A stretch of 64,000 nt of DNA from an uncultured Candidatus Saccharibacteria bacterium (GCA_964431915.1 CAYSLI010000001.1:191824-255823), one strand, 5' to 3'. Shown: positions 52,777-64,000, numbered from the stretch's first letter. Numbers and translations: made by a program. The notes: generated from the letters alone by a model not told the origin.

Positions 52777-54807
52777 TTACTTCCATCTTCTCTTAGTCTT
52801 AATATACCAATTTTCTATTTCTGAGAACCTTTTTGAAGGGTTAATGATTATCTCTGCTTTTATTCCCTTAATTTTTTCTGAAACCAAGTAAATATAATCC
52901 GGACTGTACAAAAATACTACTGGAGCTTCATTAATTAAGATATTTTGAAATTCTTCCAGATTTTGAGCTCTAATTTCAGGCTCTTGACTCTGACGAGCTT
53001 TTTCTAACAATGAATCAGCTTTTTTATTTTCATAGAAAGATAGGTTTAAACCAGGATCTTTCTTTTGCAAAGAGTGCCAGAAGGGGAAAGGGTCAGGGAT
53101 GGCCCCCAAAACCTCACCAAATAGTAAAGCTGAATAATTTCTTGGCTTAATAATATCTCTTTCAAGAGTTTTGATGTCAAATGTTTTAATTTCGATTTCT
53201 ACTCCCAAGGATTTCCATTGTTCTTTCAAAAGATTGGCTGTCTCAACTAAAAGGGGTTGGTCGACCGTGACTAAAACTAAGGAGAGTTCTAAGTTTTCTG
53301 CCGGAACTTTTTGGCAAAGTTCATTTAATTTGCTGCGGGTAGTTTTGCTGACAACACCGGTTCCTTCTGTGAATCCCCAGGGTTCTAAAATTTCTTTGGC
53401 ATATTTCTCCTGAAAGCGGATGACTGCCTCTTTGGTTTCTGTTCCAAAAAATCCGGTAATTTTAGCTTGAGGATAAACTTCAGGATATTTTGATAGGCAC
53501 TCTTGAAGTTCTTCTACCTCTTCACCTCGAGAACCTGATTTAAGGTCGCTTTTAAATTGAAAAATTGTTTCTTTTTTGACAATCTTTTTCCTGATTCCGG
53601 TTTCATCTTCAACAAATCCGGCTTCTTGTAAGATTTCTTTAGCTTTCTCTGGATTAAACTCATAGTAAGTGCTGGGGAAGGAAAATCCGTAAATTTCTGG
53701 CAAAATCGGAGAATTAACGACTTTTCCTTGTCCCAGAAGGGAAAGCTTAATAATATCCTCTTTGTTAGTGCCGTAATTTAAAGCCTCTCTTATTGTTTTT
53801 TCAGCTAAAATTTCTGATTTCTCTGGATTAAAAAATACAGCAAAGTATCTTGGTAAAGAAAAGTGATAATCTTTAAATTTAGTATCTTCAAAGAGTTGAT
53901 ATTTTTTTGGGTTAAAAATTGAAAGCCCTTGAATTTCTTTTCTTTGGGCAGATTCAATTAGTTCTTCTTCGGTATCAAAAAAATGAAAAGAAATTTCCCT
54001 AATCTTTGGCTTTTCTCCAAAATATTTAGGATTGGCACCTAAAGTTAAAGATTTGACATATCCTGATTTATCTTGTTTTAGGATTTTTAACTGATAAGGT
54101 CCAGAACCAACAGGTTGAAGATTATAAATTGACAAGGGAAAATTTTGGGCAGGAACATCCTGCCAGATGTGGCTTGGTAAAATTTTTAAAGTCAGATTTT
54201 CTAAAAAGGCAGGATAAGGGTTTTTTAATTTGAAGCGGACACTTGTTGTGGAAATTTTCTCAACTTCCACCCCTAACCAATTTACCCTTAAAGAACTTTT
54301 ATAATCAGGATTTTGAACAGTTTTTATAGTAAAAATTATATCATCAGCAGTTAATTTCTCACCATCTTGCCAAAAAACATTTTCTTTTAAAGAAATTTCA
54401 AAAACTTTTCCATTCTCTAAAATTTTACATTCTTTGGCAAGGTCTGGAACAATTTCTCCTTTCTGATTGTATTTCATTAAACCTGAAAAAATGAGCTGGA
54501 CTAAATCTCTGTCAACGTCAGAATTCTCCCCGTAAATTGGATTAATAAATCTGGGATAACCAATTATACCCTCTTTATAAATTCCGCCAATGGCAGGCTT
54601 TATTTCAGTATTTCTAAAATAAAAATTGAGACCGAGAAAAAGGAAAGAGCCGAAAAATAAAGTCAAAAAAATAGCCAACACTATTTTCTCTTTTTTTGTT
54701 AAAATAGAGAGAATTTGTTTCCATTTTGCAAAAGAAGGAAAGGCTTTGGGGAACAATTTCCTTTTAAGATTGTTGAAAACCCTCTTTATTTTAAGAAAAA
54801 AAGACAT
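52777..54807 (-). CDS. Family-5 (oligopeptide/nickel-type) extracellular solute-binding protein with an inserted peptidoglycan-binding (PG_binding_1) domain. No adjacent permease or ATPase genes.
   Basis: N-terminal TM/signal anchor. SBP_bac_5-like lobes. Insert LKSGSRGEEVEELQECL...ITGFFGTETKEAVIRFQEKYA matches the PG-binding repeat pattern. Confidence 0.65.
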   Translation of the reverse strand: MSFFLKIKRVFNNLKRKLFPKAFPSFAKWKQILSILTKKEKIVLAIFLTLFFGSFLFLGLNFYFRNTEIKPAIGGIYKEGIIGYPRFINPIYGENSDVDRDLVQLIFSGLMKYNQKGEIVPDLAKECKILENGKVFEISLKENVFWQDGEKLTADDIIFTIKTVQNPDYKSSLRVNWLGVEVEKISTTSVRFKLKNPYPAFLENLTLKILPSHIWQDVPAQNFPLSIYNLQPVGSGPYQLKILKQDKSGYVKSLTLGANPKYFGEKPKIREISFHFFDTEEELIESAQRKEIQGLSIFNPKKYQLFEDTKFKDYHFSLPRYFAVFFNPEKSEILAEKTIREALNYGTNKEDIIKLSLLGQGKVVNSPILPEIYGFSFPSTYYEFNPEKAKEILQEAGFVEDETGIRKKIVKKETIFQFKSDLKSGSRGEEVEELQECLSKYPEVYPQAKITGFFGTETKEAVIRFQEKYAKEILEPWGFTEGTGVVSKTTRSKLNELCQKVPAENLELSLVLVTVDQPLLVETANLLKEQWKSLGVEIEIKTFDIKTLERDIIKPRNYSALLFGEVLGAIPDPFPFWHSLQKKDPGLNLSFYENKKADSLLEKARQSQEPEIRAQNLEEFQNILINEAPVVFLYSPDYIYLVSEKIKGIKAEIIINPSKRFSEIENWYIKTKRRWK

Positions 54808-55022
54808 TAGAAAATCAAATTTAAAAGAGCTAAGACTACAAAGAGAACTCCAAGCACTATTGTTCCCCAGAAGATTTTTTTTTGAATACCCCGACGGGTA
54901 GCATAAAATCCCCCGGATTGCCCGAAGGCAGAACCAAGGGCAGTTCCCCTTTGTTGTAAGAGAATGAAGATAACCAAAAAGACGGCAACTATAATTTGAA
55001 GAAAAGGTAAATATCCTTTCAT
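54807..55022 (-). CDS. secG: Preprotein translocase subunit SecG
   Basis: MKGYLPFLQIIVAVFLVIFILLQQ...GGFYATRRG, two TM helices, about 71 aa from the internal Met. Confidence 0.7.
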   Translation of the reverse strand: MKGYLPFLQIIVAVFLVIFILLQQRGTALGSAFGQSGGFYATRRGIQKKIFWGTIVLGVLFVVLALLNLIF

Positions 55023-55426
55023 GTTCTTTTTAAGAAAGACCTTTTGGGAATAAATTGAGAGAGGACTAAGTTTAGTCCCCAAAGGATTACAGCTATCCAG
55101 AAAAGAGGTAAAAGACCTTGAATAATTAACTCTGCAAAGAAAATATCAACCGCCCAGATTAATCCCATAGAAATAACCAGACTGGAAAGATTAAAAGTAA
55201 TAATTCTTAGAGGTAAAGTGATTTTATCTAAAATTGGTTTTACAAAAAAATTAAGAAATCCCAAAGAAGCTCCCACAAAAAATAAAGTTTCCATAACCTG
55301 ACCAAATTGTACCTCTGCTCCCGGGATAACAAATGTAGGACCTCTAAATTCTACCCCGGGAACAAATTTTACAGCCAGAAAGAGACCTAGGATACCGGTA
55401 ATAATTTGCAATAATAGGCGTAGCAT
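55019..55426 (-). CDS. Small 4-TM membrane protein (phage-holin-family-4 / PF04020-like)
   Basis: Hydrophobicity pattern and the ...VKFVPGVEFRG... motif. Confidence 0.35.
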   Translation of the reverse strand: MLRLLLQIITGILGLFLAVKFVPGVEFRGPTFVIPGAEVQFGQVMETLFFVGASLGFLNFFVKPILDKITLPLRIITFNLSSLVISMGLIWAVDIFFAELIIQGLLPLFWIAVILWGLNLVLSQFIPKRSFLKRT

Positions 55427-55644
55427 CTTAATTTACGAAGTAAATTGCCCACTGTTCACACACAGTAGTGAGCGAAAGCAAACGGTTCTTAATATAAAAG
55501 GATAGCAAACATTTGATTAAAGGTCAACTTTCTTTTTGGCTAAAGCCATAACTTTTATCTGTTTAAACTTATACTTTAAACATTGATACCTTAAACATTG
55601 ATTTCGGAAGGTGAGAAATTTTATTTTTTGAGATAAATTTAAAT

Positions 55645-56649
55645 TTATTCATCTTCAATTGCAGGTTGAAAATAATTATTTAGTCTAATTTCTTTCGGAA
55701 TTAATTCTTTAATCTTATCATCTTTAATTAAGATTTCTAATATTTGTCCTTTCATTGTTTTTTCAGAAAAGCCTTGGTCAAAAATGAAATTTCCCAAACT
55801 ATAAAAAATATAGCCGTTTTTATACTTCTCATTTCTTTGAATTACATGGGGATGGTGGCCGACGATTAAATCTGCTCCGGTCTCAATCGCCATTTTAGAA
55901 AAATCAATCTGAAATTGAGTAGGTTCGTTTGAGTATTCTTCACCAGAATGTAAAGAAACAATTAAAATATCAGCTTGAGATTTAGCGTTTTCAATATCTT
56001 TTTTAATTTTTTCAAAATTTTTTTCTGAAATCCAAGCAATGCCAGAATTTTTCTCGCCAGCTTTCCAGGTTTCGGGTCCTAAATTAGTATAAGCTAAAAA
56101 AGCAATTTTAGTATCCTTGATTTTTTTAATAAGAGGGGAATAAGCCTCTTTTTCTGTAAAACCGGCCCCAATATAATCAATTCCCGTATTATTTAACTTA
56201 ACTAAGCAATCTTCAAGAGCTTCTCTTGTATAATCAAAGGTGTGATTGTTAGCCAGAGATAAAACATTAAAGCCGGCAAAACTTAAACCCTCAATTGCTT
56301 CAGGATTCACTCTAAAAGAATAAATACTGCCAACCTTAATTCCTTTATCAGAAATTACCCCTTCCAAATTTCCAAAAAGGAGATTTGCTTTTTGTAATTC
56401 TTTAGCAATTTTCAAGAATGGAAACCTGAAATCTCCGTTTCCTTGTTTTTCGACCATATATTCCACTCCACGGTCAAGCATTATATCGCCAACCAAGATT
56501 AGAGTGATTGTTTTTTCCTCGATCAATTCATCTACTCTCGGTTCAGAATAATCTATTGATTTGGGAAATCGATAGGTTTCAATTAAAAGAAATAAACCTA
56601 GGGAAATGATAAAGGTAGTTAAAATTAACCAAGGAAAAATCTTTTTCAT
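55645..56649 (-). CDS. CapA/PGA_cap family metallophosphatase-like protein (secreted)
   Basis: LILVGDIMLDRGV...NNHTFDY...GHHPHVIQ motifs. Start moved to Met29 (MKKIFPWLIL signal peptide). Confidence 0.7.
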   Translation of the reverse strand: MKKIFPWLILTTFIISLGLFLLIETYRFPKSIDYSEPRVDELIEEKTITLILVGDIMLDRGVEYMVEKQGNGDFRFPFLKIAKELQKANLLFGNLEGVISDKGIKVGSIYSFRVNPEAIEGLSFAGFNVLSLANNHTFDYTREALEDCLVKLNNTGIDYIGAGFTEKEAYSPLIKKIKDTKIAFLAYTNLGPETWKAGEKNSGIAWISEKNFEKIKKDIENAKSQADILIVSLHSGEEYSNEPTQFQIDFSKMAIETGADLIVGHHPHVIQRNEKYKNGYIFYSLGNFIFDQGFSEKTMKGQILEILIKDDKIKELIPKEIRLNNYFQPAIEDE

Positions 56650-56673
56650 TATCTTTATTTTACCCCTTCTTGG

Positions 56674-56823
56674 CCCCGTAGTGAAAATTTGACATGGTTT
56701 TCTTTCAGAAAACCAATTATTGCGGAGCCCCATAGAGAAATTTCGAACAATAATATTGATTAGTGGCGAAGCCCATTCGAAATTCTTCTACGGGGTGGAG
56801 CGAGTCAAATTTCTACTACGGGG
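56674..56823 (+). repeat. About 150-bp imperfect palindromic element (MITE-like) in the divergent capA-like/uvrA intergenic region
   Basis: Outer inverted repeat ccccgtagtgaaaatttgac (56674-56693) versus gtcaaatttctactacgggg (56804-56823), 18/20 matching. Inner inverted repeat gcggagccccatagagaaatttcg versus cgaaattcttctacggggtggagcg. Four copies of a CGAAATTTCTMYGGGG-like motif. Confidence 0.5.
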
Positions 56824-56852
56824 TTGAAAGATTCGGAAATTTAGAGTATAAT
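56824..56852 (+). promoter_or_regulatory. Sigma70-like promoter for uvrA
   Basis: TTGAAA, 17 nt spacer, TATAAT, 12 nt upstream of the uvrA ATG. Confidence 0.45.
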
Positions 56853-56863
56853 GGATAACTTCT

Positions 56864-59776
56864 ATGAAAGGCGATTTTATTAAAATTCGAGGCGCCAGGG
56901 TGCACAATCTAAAGAACATAAAGGTTGATATTCCCAAAAATAAAATGGTGGTGATTACCGGTATTTCTGGTTCTGGGAAGTCTTCTTTAGCCTTTGATAC
57001 TTTATATGCCGAAGGGCAGAGGAGATACGTTGAATCATTATCTGCTTATGCTAGGCAATTTTTGGGGATAATGAAAAAACCTAATGTTGATAAAATTGAG
57101 GGAATTTCTCCGGCAATTTCAATTGACCAAAGAAAAGCAGCCCATAATCCTCGTTCGACAGTGGGCACCATTACTGAAATTTATGATTATCTAAGGCTTT
57201 TGTTTGCCAGAGTTGGAAAACCTCATTGTCCAAAATGCGGCAAACTAATCACTCGCCAGACCATAGATCAGATTGTAGAGCAGATTTTGAAGTTGCCCAA
57301 AGGAAAAGAAATTATCATTTTGGGGCCCGTAATCCGGGGAAAAAAAGGAGAACACCAGGGAATTTTAGAAGAAATTCAGAGAGGAGGATTTGTCAGAGTG
57401 AGGATTGATGGAATAATTTATCGGGTCGATGAGGCTTTAGGAAAAACCCTTGATAGAAAGAAAAAACACAACATTGAAGTAGTCGTAGATAGACTTATCC
57501 TAGACAAAGAGCTTGATAAGTCTAGGTTGGTAGATTCTTTAGAAACAGCGCTAAAGCTGGGAAAAGGCATCGTAATTATTAACCGTAAACCTTATAGAGG
57601 TCTGTCGGTATCTGATACCGACAGACTGAGTACTGATACTGTAAACCATAAGGTTGAAGACATCGTCTTCAGTGAACAATTTGCCTGCGAGGAGTGCGGA
57701 ATTTCTCTGCCAGAATTAGAGCCGAGATTTTTTTCTTTCAATAGTCCTTATGGGGCTTGCCCGGCCTGTCAGGGATTGGGAGAGAAATTAGAAGTTGAGC
57801 CCTCATTGGTTATCCCTAATCCCAATTTATCTCTTTCAGAAGGAGCAATTTTTCCCTGGGCCCATGCTTCCCACAAAATAGGAAGACAGGGTTATTTTTG
57901 TTGGCAACTTTCTGATTTAGCTGAAGAGTGTAATTTTTCATTAGATACCCCTGTTAAAAATCTATCAAAAAAAATTTTAGATATTATTCTTTATGGGAGA
58001 GATAACTTTGAGGGAGTAATTCCTAATCTGGAAAGAAGATATTATCAAACTGACTCTGAAGCGGCTCGTCAGGAAATTGAGAAATATATGGTTGAGAGAA
58101 GATGTGAGAAGTGCCAGGGGAAGAGATTAAAACCAGAAGCCTTAGCAGTAACAATAACAGGAAAGTCGATTGATCAGATTGTCGGAATGAGCATTGATAA
58201 AATAAAAGAATTTTTTGAAGAAATCGCAAAGCCGAGGCGGCAAAATACCAGGAAGAGACGCAAAACTTTAAGCGAAAATGAATTCAAGATTGCCCAACCA
58301 ATTATTAAAGAAATTATCAATCGCTTGCAATTTCTGATTGATGTTGGTTTGGATTATCTGACTTTGGATAGAAAAACTAAGACCTTGGCTGGAGGTGAAG
58401 AACAAAGAATAAGATTGGCTACTCAAATTGGTTCAAAATTAACTGGAGTTTTATATATTTTAGATGAACCATCCATCGGTCTTCATCCCAGGGATCAGAG
58501 AAGATTGATTGAAACTTTAAAAAAACTTAGAGATTTGGGAAATACGGTGGTGGTAGTTGAACATGATTATCAAACTATTCGTCAAGGAGCTGATTGGATA
58601 ATTGATATTGGACCTGGAGCAGGAAAACATGGTGGTAAAGTTATTTTTGAGGGGACACCGAAAGAATTACTTAAAGCTTATACACTTACTGGAGATTATT
58701 TGGCCGGTCGGAAAAGAGTTGAAGTACTAAGTACGAAGTACGAAGAAACGAAGAAAAAAAATCTTCAAAATCTTCAGACATCAGACTTTATACTTATTAA
58801 GGGGGCAAAGGAGCATAATTTGAAAGATATTGATGTTAGAATTCCTTTAGGAAAATTTGTCTGTATTACTGGTGTTTCTGGTTCTGGGAAAAGTTCTTTG
58901 ATGAACGACATTTTGGCCCGGGCTTTGATGAGAAAAGTTTATAAATCAAAAGAGGAGCCGGGAAAACATCGAGAAATTTTGGGAACTGAGAATTTAAATA
59001 AAGTGGCTTTGGTTGACCAATCTCCAATTGGCAGAACTCCCCGTTCAAATCCGGCAACTTATACCGGAGCTTTTTCTTATATCAGAGATCTCTTTTCTAA
59101 AACCCGAGAAGCCAGAATTCGAGGTTATCAGCCGGGTCGCTTTTCTTTTAATGTCAAGGGAGGAAGATGCGAAGCCTGTGAGGGTCAGGGAGAGATAAAG
59201 ATTGAGATGTATTTTTTACCCGATGTTTACGTTGAATGCCAGGAGTGTAAAGGTAAAAGATTTAACAAAGAAACTCTAACTATTGAATACAAAGGGAGGA
59301 ATATTGCTGAAATTTTAGAGATGACGGTTGAGGAAGCTTTGGAATTTTTCAAAAATATTCCTGGTCTATATCATAAACTAAAAACTTTAAACGATGTTGG
59401 TTTAGGCTATGTTCAATTAGGTCAGCCAGCCCCTTCTTTATCTGGTGGAGAGGCCCAGAGAGTAAAGCTATCTACTGAACTTTCTAAAAAAACCAGTGCC
59501 AGAACTATTTATATTTTAGATGAGCCGACGACTGGCTTACATCCTTACGATATTAAAAAACTGGTTTTGGTTTTAAAAAGATTAGTGGAAAAAGGAAATA
59601 CAGTGCTTGTGTGTGAGCACAATATCGATATTATTCGCAACGTAGATTGGGTAATCGATTTGGGGCCTGAGGGTGGAGATAGAGGAGGCTATATTGTGGC
59701 CGAAGGAGAACCTTTCGAGATAGCAAAAATTAAGAAAAGCTATACTGGACAATATTTAAAGAAAATGCTAAAATAA
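56864..59776 (+). CDS. uvrA: Excinuclease ABC subunit A
   Basis: Two ABC ATPase modules with two Walker A motifs ([10 protein letters not shown] and [10 protein letters not shown]). Zn-finger Cys clusters. 970 aa. Confidence 0.95.
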   Translation: MKGDFIKIRGARVHNLKNIKVDIPKNKMVVITGISGSGKSSLAFDTLYAEGQRRYVESLSAYARQFLGIMKKPNVDKIEGISPAISIDQRKAAHNPRSTVGTITEIYDYLRLLFARVGKPHCPKCGKLITRQTIDQIVEQILKLPKGKEIIILGPVIRGKKGEHQGILEEIQRGGFVRVRIDGIIYRVDEALGKTLDRKKKHNIEVVVDRLILDKELDKSRLVDSLETALKLGKGIVIINRKPYRGLSVSDTDRLSTDTVNHKVEDIVFSEQFACEECGISLPELEPRFFSFNSPYGACPACQGLGEKLEVEPSLVIPNPNLSLSEGAIFPWAHASHKIGRQGYFCWQLSDLAEECNFSLDTPVKNLSKKILDIILYGRDNFEGVIPNLERRYYQTDSEAARQEIEKYMVERRCEKCQGKRLKPEALAVTITGKSIDQIVGMSIDKIKEFFEEIAKPRRQNTRKRRKTLSENEFKIAQPIIKEIINRLQFLIDVGLDYLTLDRKTKTLAGGEEQRIRLATQIGSKLTGVLYILDEPSIGLHPRDQRRLIETLKKLRDLGNTVVVVEHDYQTIRQGADWIIDIGPGAGKHGGKVIFEGTPKELLKAYTLTGDYLAGRKRVEVLSTKYEETKKKNLQNLQTSDFILIKGAKEHNLKDIDVRIPLGKFVCITGVSGSGKSSLMNDILARALMRKVYKSKEEPGKHREILGTENLNKVALVDQSPIGRTPRSNPATYTGAFSYIRDLFSKTREARIRGYQPGRFSFNVKGGRCEACEGQGEIKIEMYFLPDVYVECQECKGKRFNKETLTIEYKGRNIAEILEMTVEEALEFFKNIPGLYHKLKTLNDVGLGYVQLGQPAPSLSGGEAQRVKLSTELSKKTSARTIYILDEPTTGLHPYDIKKLVLVLKRLVEKGNTVLVCEHNIDIIRNVDWVIDLGPEGGDRGGYIVAEGEPFEIAKIKKSYTGQYLKKMLK

Positions 59777-59824
59777 AATTGGTACAGGAACAATAAAATA
59801 TTTATAGAAAAGGAGGTAAGTAGA

Positions 59825-60244
59825 ATGAAATTCAGTAGAAGAAAAGGACGCCGTATAAAAACTCTTTTAAGAAGCAAAAGAAAAGCAGGGAGAATTGAAT
59901 ATCTTTTTCATCAAATAGGTTTAAAAAAAGGTAAAGCCAACGCTCAAAAAGTTTTTCGAGTTTTGGAATTCTGGCAAGAGAAAAAATGGATTTGGTGTTT
60001 TGGAGAATACCCAAAATGGAGATATCATGATTATATTTTGCATCAAGATGGTTGGTTTTTATCTTTAGAGGGAAAGCAAGTTGATTTCCAAATAAAAAGC
60101 TCTCTCCAAGCTGCTCAAAAACATCTGGAAAAATACCCTGATGTTCCGTCAATAGTTGTTAGTCCAGCGATAAGTATTGATAAATTAAGCGAAGAAATGA
60201 GGAAGCTTTTTAAAGATAAACTTTTAGTAAAAAGCTATAAGTAA
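59825..60244 (+). CDS. Hypothetical protein (basic N-terminus, Trp-rich core)
   Basis: 139-aa ORF with a good RBS (aggaggtaag). No recognisable family. Confidence 0.35.
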   Translation: MKFSRRKGRRIKTLLRSKRKAGRIEYLFHQIGLKKGKANAQKVFRVLEFWQEKKWIWCFGEYPKWRYHDYILHQDGWFLSLEGKQVDFQIKSSLQAAQKHLEKYPDVPSIVVSPAISIDKLSEEMRKLFKDKLLVKSYK

Positions 60245-60276
60245 GGCTAACGAATTGACGATTTTTCGTTAGCCTT
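60243..60276 (+). terminator. 12-bp-stem hairpin overlapping the stop codon of the hypothetical gene
   Basis: aaggctaacgaa-ttgacgattt-ttcgttagcctt. No U-tract follows. Confidence 0.35.
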
Positions 60277-60289
60277 CCTTTATTAGGGC

Positions 60290-60317
60290 TTGACAGATTT
60301 TTATTAATTTCTAAAAT
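60290..60317 (+). promoter_or_regulatory. Sigma70-like promoter for groES-groEL
   Basis: TTGACA, 16 nt spacer, TAAAAT. Confidence 0.4.
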
Positions 60318-60323
60318 AGAATA

Positions 60324-60350
60324 TTAGCACTCAAAGGTCGTAATTGCTAA
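60324..60350 (+). promoter_or_regulatory. CIRCE-like HrcA operator (left half perfect, right half degenerate)
   Basis: TTAGCACTC-aaaggtcgt-aattGCTAA, compared with the consensus TTAGCACTC-N9-GAGTGCTAA. Confidence 0.5.
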
Positions 60351-60373
60351 CATGATAAACACAATTCAATTTT

Positions 60374-60664
60374 ATGAAAATAAAACCACTCGCAGATCAT
60401 ATTTTAATTGAACCAATAAAACAAGAGGAAAAAACAAGAACTGGAATTTTACTTCCCGAAACTGCTGAAAAAGAAAGACCAGAACAAGGAAGAGTGATTG
60501 CCATAGGACCGGGCCGAAAAACTTCCTCTGGTAAAATCATTCCCATAGAAGTAAAAGTAGGGCAAAAAGTTTTGTTTACAAAATACGGTCCAAACGAAAT
60601 AAAGGTCGCTGATAAAGAATATTTAATTGCAAAAGAAGAAGATATATTAGCGATTCTTGAATAG
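60374..60664 (+). CDS. groES: Co-chaperonin GroES
   Basis: MKIKPLADHILIEP...GRVIAIGPG... 96 aa. Confidence 0.95.
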   Translation: MKIKPLADHILIEPIKQEEKTRTGILLPETAEKERPEQGRVIAIGPGRKTSSGKIIPIEVKVGQKVLFTKYGPNEIKVADKEYLIAKEEDILAILE

Positions 60665-60688
60665 AATCGCTAAATTTCTAATTTCTAA

Positions 60689-62332
<1,644 letters not shown>

Positions 62333-62358
62333 AAAACAGAATAGCTCTCATCTATCAA

Positions 62359-62395
62359 AAACTTTTCCTATTGTCTTAGGAAGAGTTTTTGTTTA
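62359..62395 (+). terminator. Terminator-like hairpin after groEL
   Basis: aaaaacttttcct-attgtctt-aggaagagttttt followed by gtttat. Confidence 0.4.
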
Positions 62396-62483
62396 TACTA
62401 AAGAATAGGTATGGGGTTCCGGGATGACTTCCCGGAGGCGCCTTTTCCGAGTATAAAGGTCGTTGGAAAATTAATTAAAAAAA

Positions 62484-63053
62484 GTGTATATGACTCCTTT
62501 TCGAATTATTTTAATAATAGCTGCCATTATTGTTTTATGGGTAATTTTTGCCTATAACCGCTTGGTTTTGCTTTTGAATCGGGCAAAAGAGGCCTGGGCA
62601 GATATCGATGTTCAATTAAAGAGAAGATATAATTTAATTCCCAATTTGGTTGAAACGGTTAAAGGTTATGCTGCTCATGAGAAAACAGTTTTTGAAAATG
62701 TAACTAAAGCCAGGACGGCAGCTATGACAGCTGAACAGTCGGGCGACCCAAAAAAAGTTGGTAGAGCTGAAAATTTCCTGGCTGGAACTCTGAAAACTCT
62801 TTTTGCGGTAGCCGAAAATTATCCTCAGTTGAGAGCTGCAGAAAACTTTTTGGAATTGCAAAAAGAACTTTCTGATACTGAAAATAAAATTCAGGCCGCC
62901 AGACGCTTTTATAACGGAAATGTCAGGGATTTGAATATCAAAATTGAGAGTTTCCCGGCAAATATTATCGCCAATCTTTTCAGATTCAAAAAAATGGATT
63001 TCTTTGAGATAGAAGAGAAAGCTGACAAAGAAACACCGAGAGTAAATTTCTAA
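62484..63053 (+). CDS. lemA: LemA family protein
   Basis: N-terminal TM helix. AYNRLV...AWADIDVQLKRRYNLIPNLVETVKGYAAHEK pattern. Confidence 0.85.
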   Translation: MYMTPFRIILIIAAIIVLWVIFAYNRLVLLLNRAKEAWADIDVQLKRRYNLIPNLVETVKGYAAHEKTVFENVTKARTAAMTAEQSGDPKKVGRAENFLAGTLKTLFAVAENYPQLRAAENFLELQKELSDTENKIQAARRFYNGNVRDLNIKIESFPANIIANLFRFKKMDFFEIEEKADKETPRVNF

Positions 63054-63072
63054 TTAGTAATTAGTCATTTTC

Positions 63073-63966
63073 ATGACCCTATATACTCAGGCCGAATCAA
63101 ATATCCGCAAGACCTGGTTATTGCTCATTGCCTTTTTGATTTTTATTATCGCTTTGGGTTGGATTTTTAGTTATTTATTAGATAATCCTATTTTTCTGAT
63201 TTTGGCTGTAATTATCGCTTTCTTTCAAAGTTTCCTTTCTTATTGGTATTCAGATAAAATTGTTTTGGCAATGACAAAAGCCAAAAAAATAGAGAAAAAA
63301 GACAACCCGGAGCTTTATAGAGTCGTAGAAAATCTTTGTATTACCGCCGGCCTTCCTCTGCCAAAAATTTATATTATAGAAGAGCAACAGCCAAATGCCT
63401 TTGCTACCGGCAGAGACCAAAATCATGCCGTTGTTGCTGTCACTCAAGGGCTTTTGGAAAAATTGGAAAGGCCGGAATTAGAAGGAGTTCTCTCTCATGA
63501 ACTTTCTCATATCGGAAACAAAGATATTCTTTTGGGTACAGTAGTAGTAATTTTAGTCGGGATTATAGCTATGCTTTCAAACTGGTTTTTAAGAATTAGT
63601 TTTTTTGGGGGAGGAAGAAGGTCACGAGGTTCAAGCGGAGTAATTTTTATGATCCTTGGAATTTCAGCTGCTATTTTAGCTCCGGTTGCAGCTATTTTAA
63701 TCAAACTCGCTATTTCCAGAAAAAGAGAATTTTTAGCCGATGCCTCAGGGGCTCTTTTAACAAGGTACCCGGAAGGTTTAGCTAAAGCTCTGGAAAAAAT
63801 TTCAGCTGACCCAAATCCAATGAGAGTGGCTTCCAATTCCACCGCCCATCTTTTTATCGCTTCACCTTTTCGAGGAAAACAAACCAAGAGCTGGTTCACG
63901 AAGCTATTTTTAACTCATCCTCCGGTTGAGGAAAGGACAAGGGTGTTGAGAGGAATGAAAAATTAA
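63073..63966 (+). CDS. htpX: HtpX-like M48 zinc metalloprotease
   Basis: HELSHIGNKD (HExxH). TM helices. Follows lemA, a conserved pairing. Confidence 0.85.
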   Translation: MTLYTQAESNIRKTWLLLIAFLIFIIALGWIFSYLLDNPIFLILAVIIAFFQSFLSYWYSDKIVLAMTKAKKIEKKDNPELYRVVENLCITAGLPLPKIYIIEEQQPNAFATGRDQNHAVVAVTQGLLEKLERPELEGVLSHELSHIGNKDILLGTVVVILVGIIAMLSNWFLRISFFGGGRRSRGSSGVIFMILGISAAILAPVAAILIKLAISRKREFLADASGALLTRYPEGLAKALEKISADPNPMRVASNSTAHLFIASPFRGKQTKSWFTKLFLTHPPVEERTRVLRGMKN

Positions 63967-64000
63967 AATTATGGAATGTCCTCTTTGTAAAAAACCATTA

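Noticed and set aside
52558-52824. 88-aa + strand ORF spanning the tRNA-Leu region
   Set aside because: It overlaps a well-formed tRNA gene and the RNase J start on the opposite strand. It has no coding features.
55571-55610. Direct repeat cttaaacattgat x2 upstream of the holin-like membrane gene
   Set aside because: It is a 13-bp direct repeat in AT-rich DNA with no further support. It could be a response-regulator site, but this is indistinguishable from chance.

Overview
This window looks like an AT-rich (~35% GC) bacterial chromosome segment in the style of the Candidate Phyla Radiation (Patescibacteria), read with the standard genetic code: TGA, TAA and TAG all act as stops. Most of it is core housekeeping. 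Positions 1-11.2 kb hold a complete type IV pilus locus (pilM fragment, pilN/O-like, pilB, pilT, pilC, a major pilin with its promoter and terminator, prepilin peptidase, four minor pilins/PilX-like) followed by ligA. A SEDS-family protein and a histidine kinase/response regulator pair follow. On the minus strand sits an F1Fo ATP synthase operon (b, delta, alpha, gamma, beta, epsilon) that lacks recognisable a and c subunit genes. Their position is taken by an odd secreted protein with a c-subunit-like C-terminal hairpin, and next to it is an IS1595-like transposase. The main discovery is a complete diversity-generating retroelement (DGR) at 21.4-31.1 kb. A 2620-aa giant surface protein (N-terminal MerR-like HTH, one TM helix, internally duplicated FG-GAP/integrin-like beta-propeller blocks, C-terminal FGE-sulfatase/C-type-lectin-fold domain) carries a 123-bp variable region (VR) at its extreme 3' end. 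Downstream lie an Avd four-helix-bundle gene, a template repeat (TR) that differs from the VR at 17 positions, all TR adenines (AAC codons), a spacer hairpin, and a DGR-type reverse transcriptase (IGxxxSQ and YMDD motifs). The RT reading frame contains an (AG)19 microsatellite. Downstream are a Cys-rich secreted protein with CDGxDNxCDGxIDE repeats, two degenerate toxin-antitoxin pairs (higB frameshifted, relE with an in-frame TAG, antitoxins intact), an O-antigen-ligase-like TPR membrane protein, rpoB, rpoC, ftsK and recA. Then come rpsR-ssb-rpsF, ychF, a phosphomannomutase-like gene, trpS, RNase J, a tRNA-Leu(CAG) hidden in the over-called RNase J N-terminus, an orphan family-5 SBP with an inserted peptidoglycan-binding domain, secG, a CapA-like gene, uvrA, groES/groEL with a CIRCE-like operator, lemA and htpX. 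No CRISPR array or rRNA was seen.
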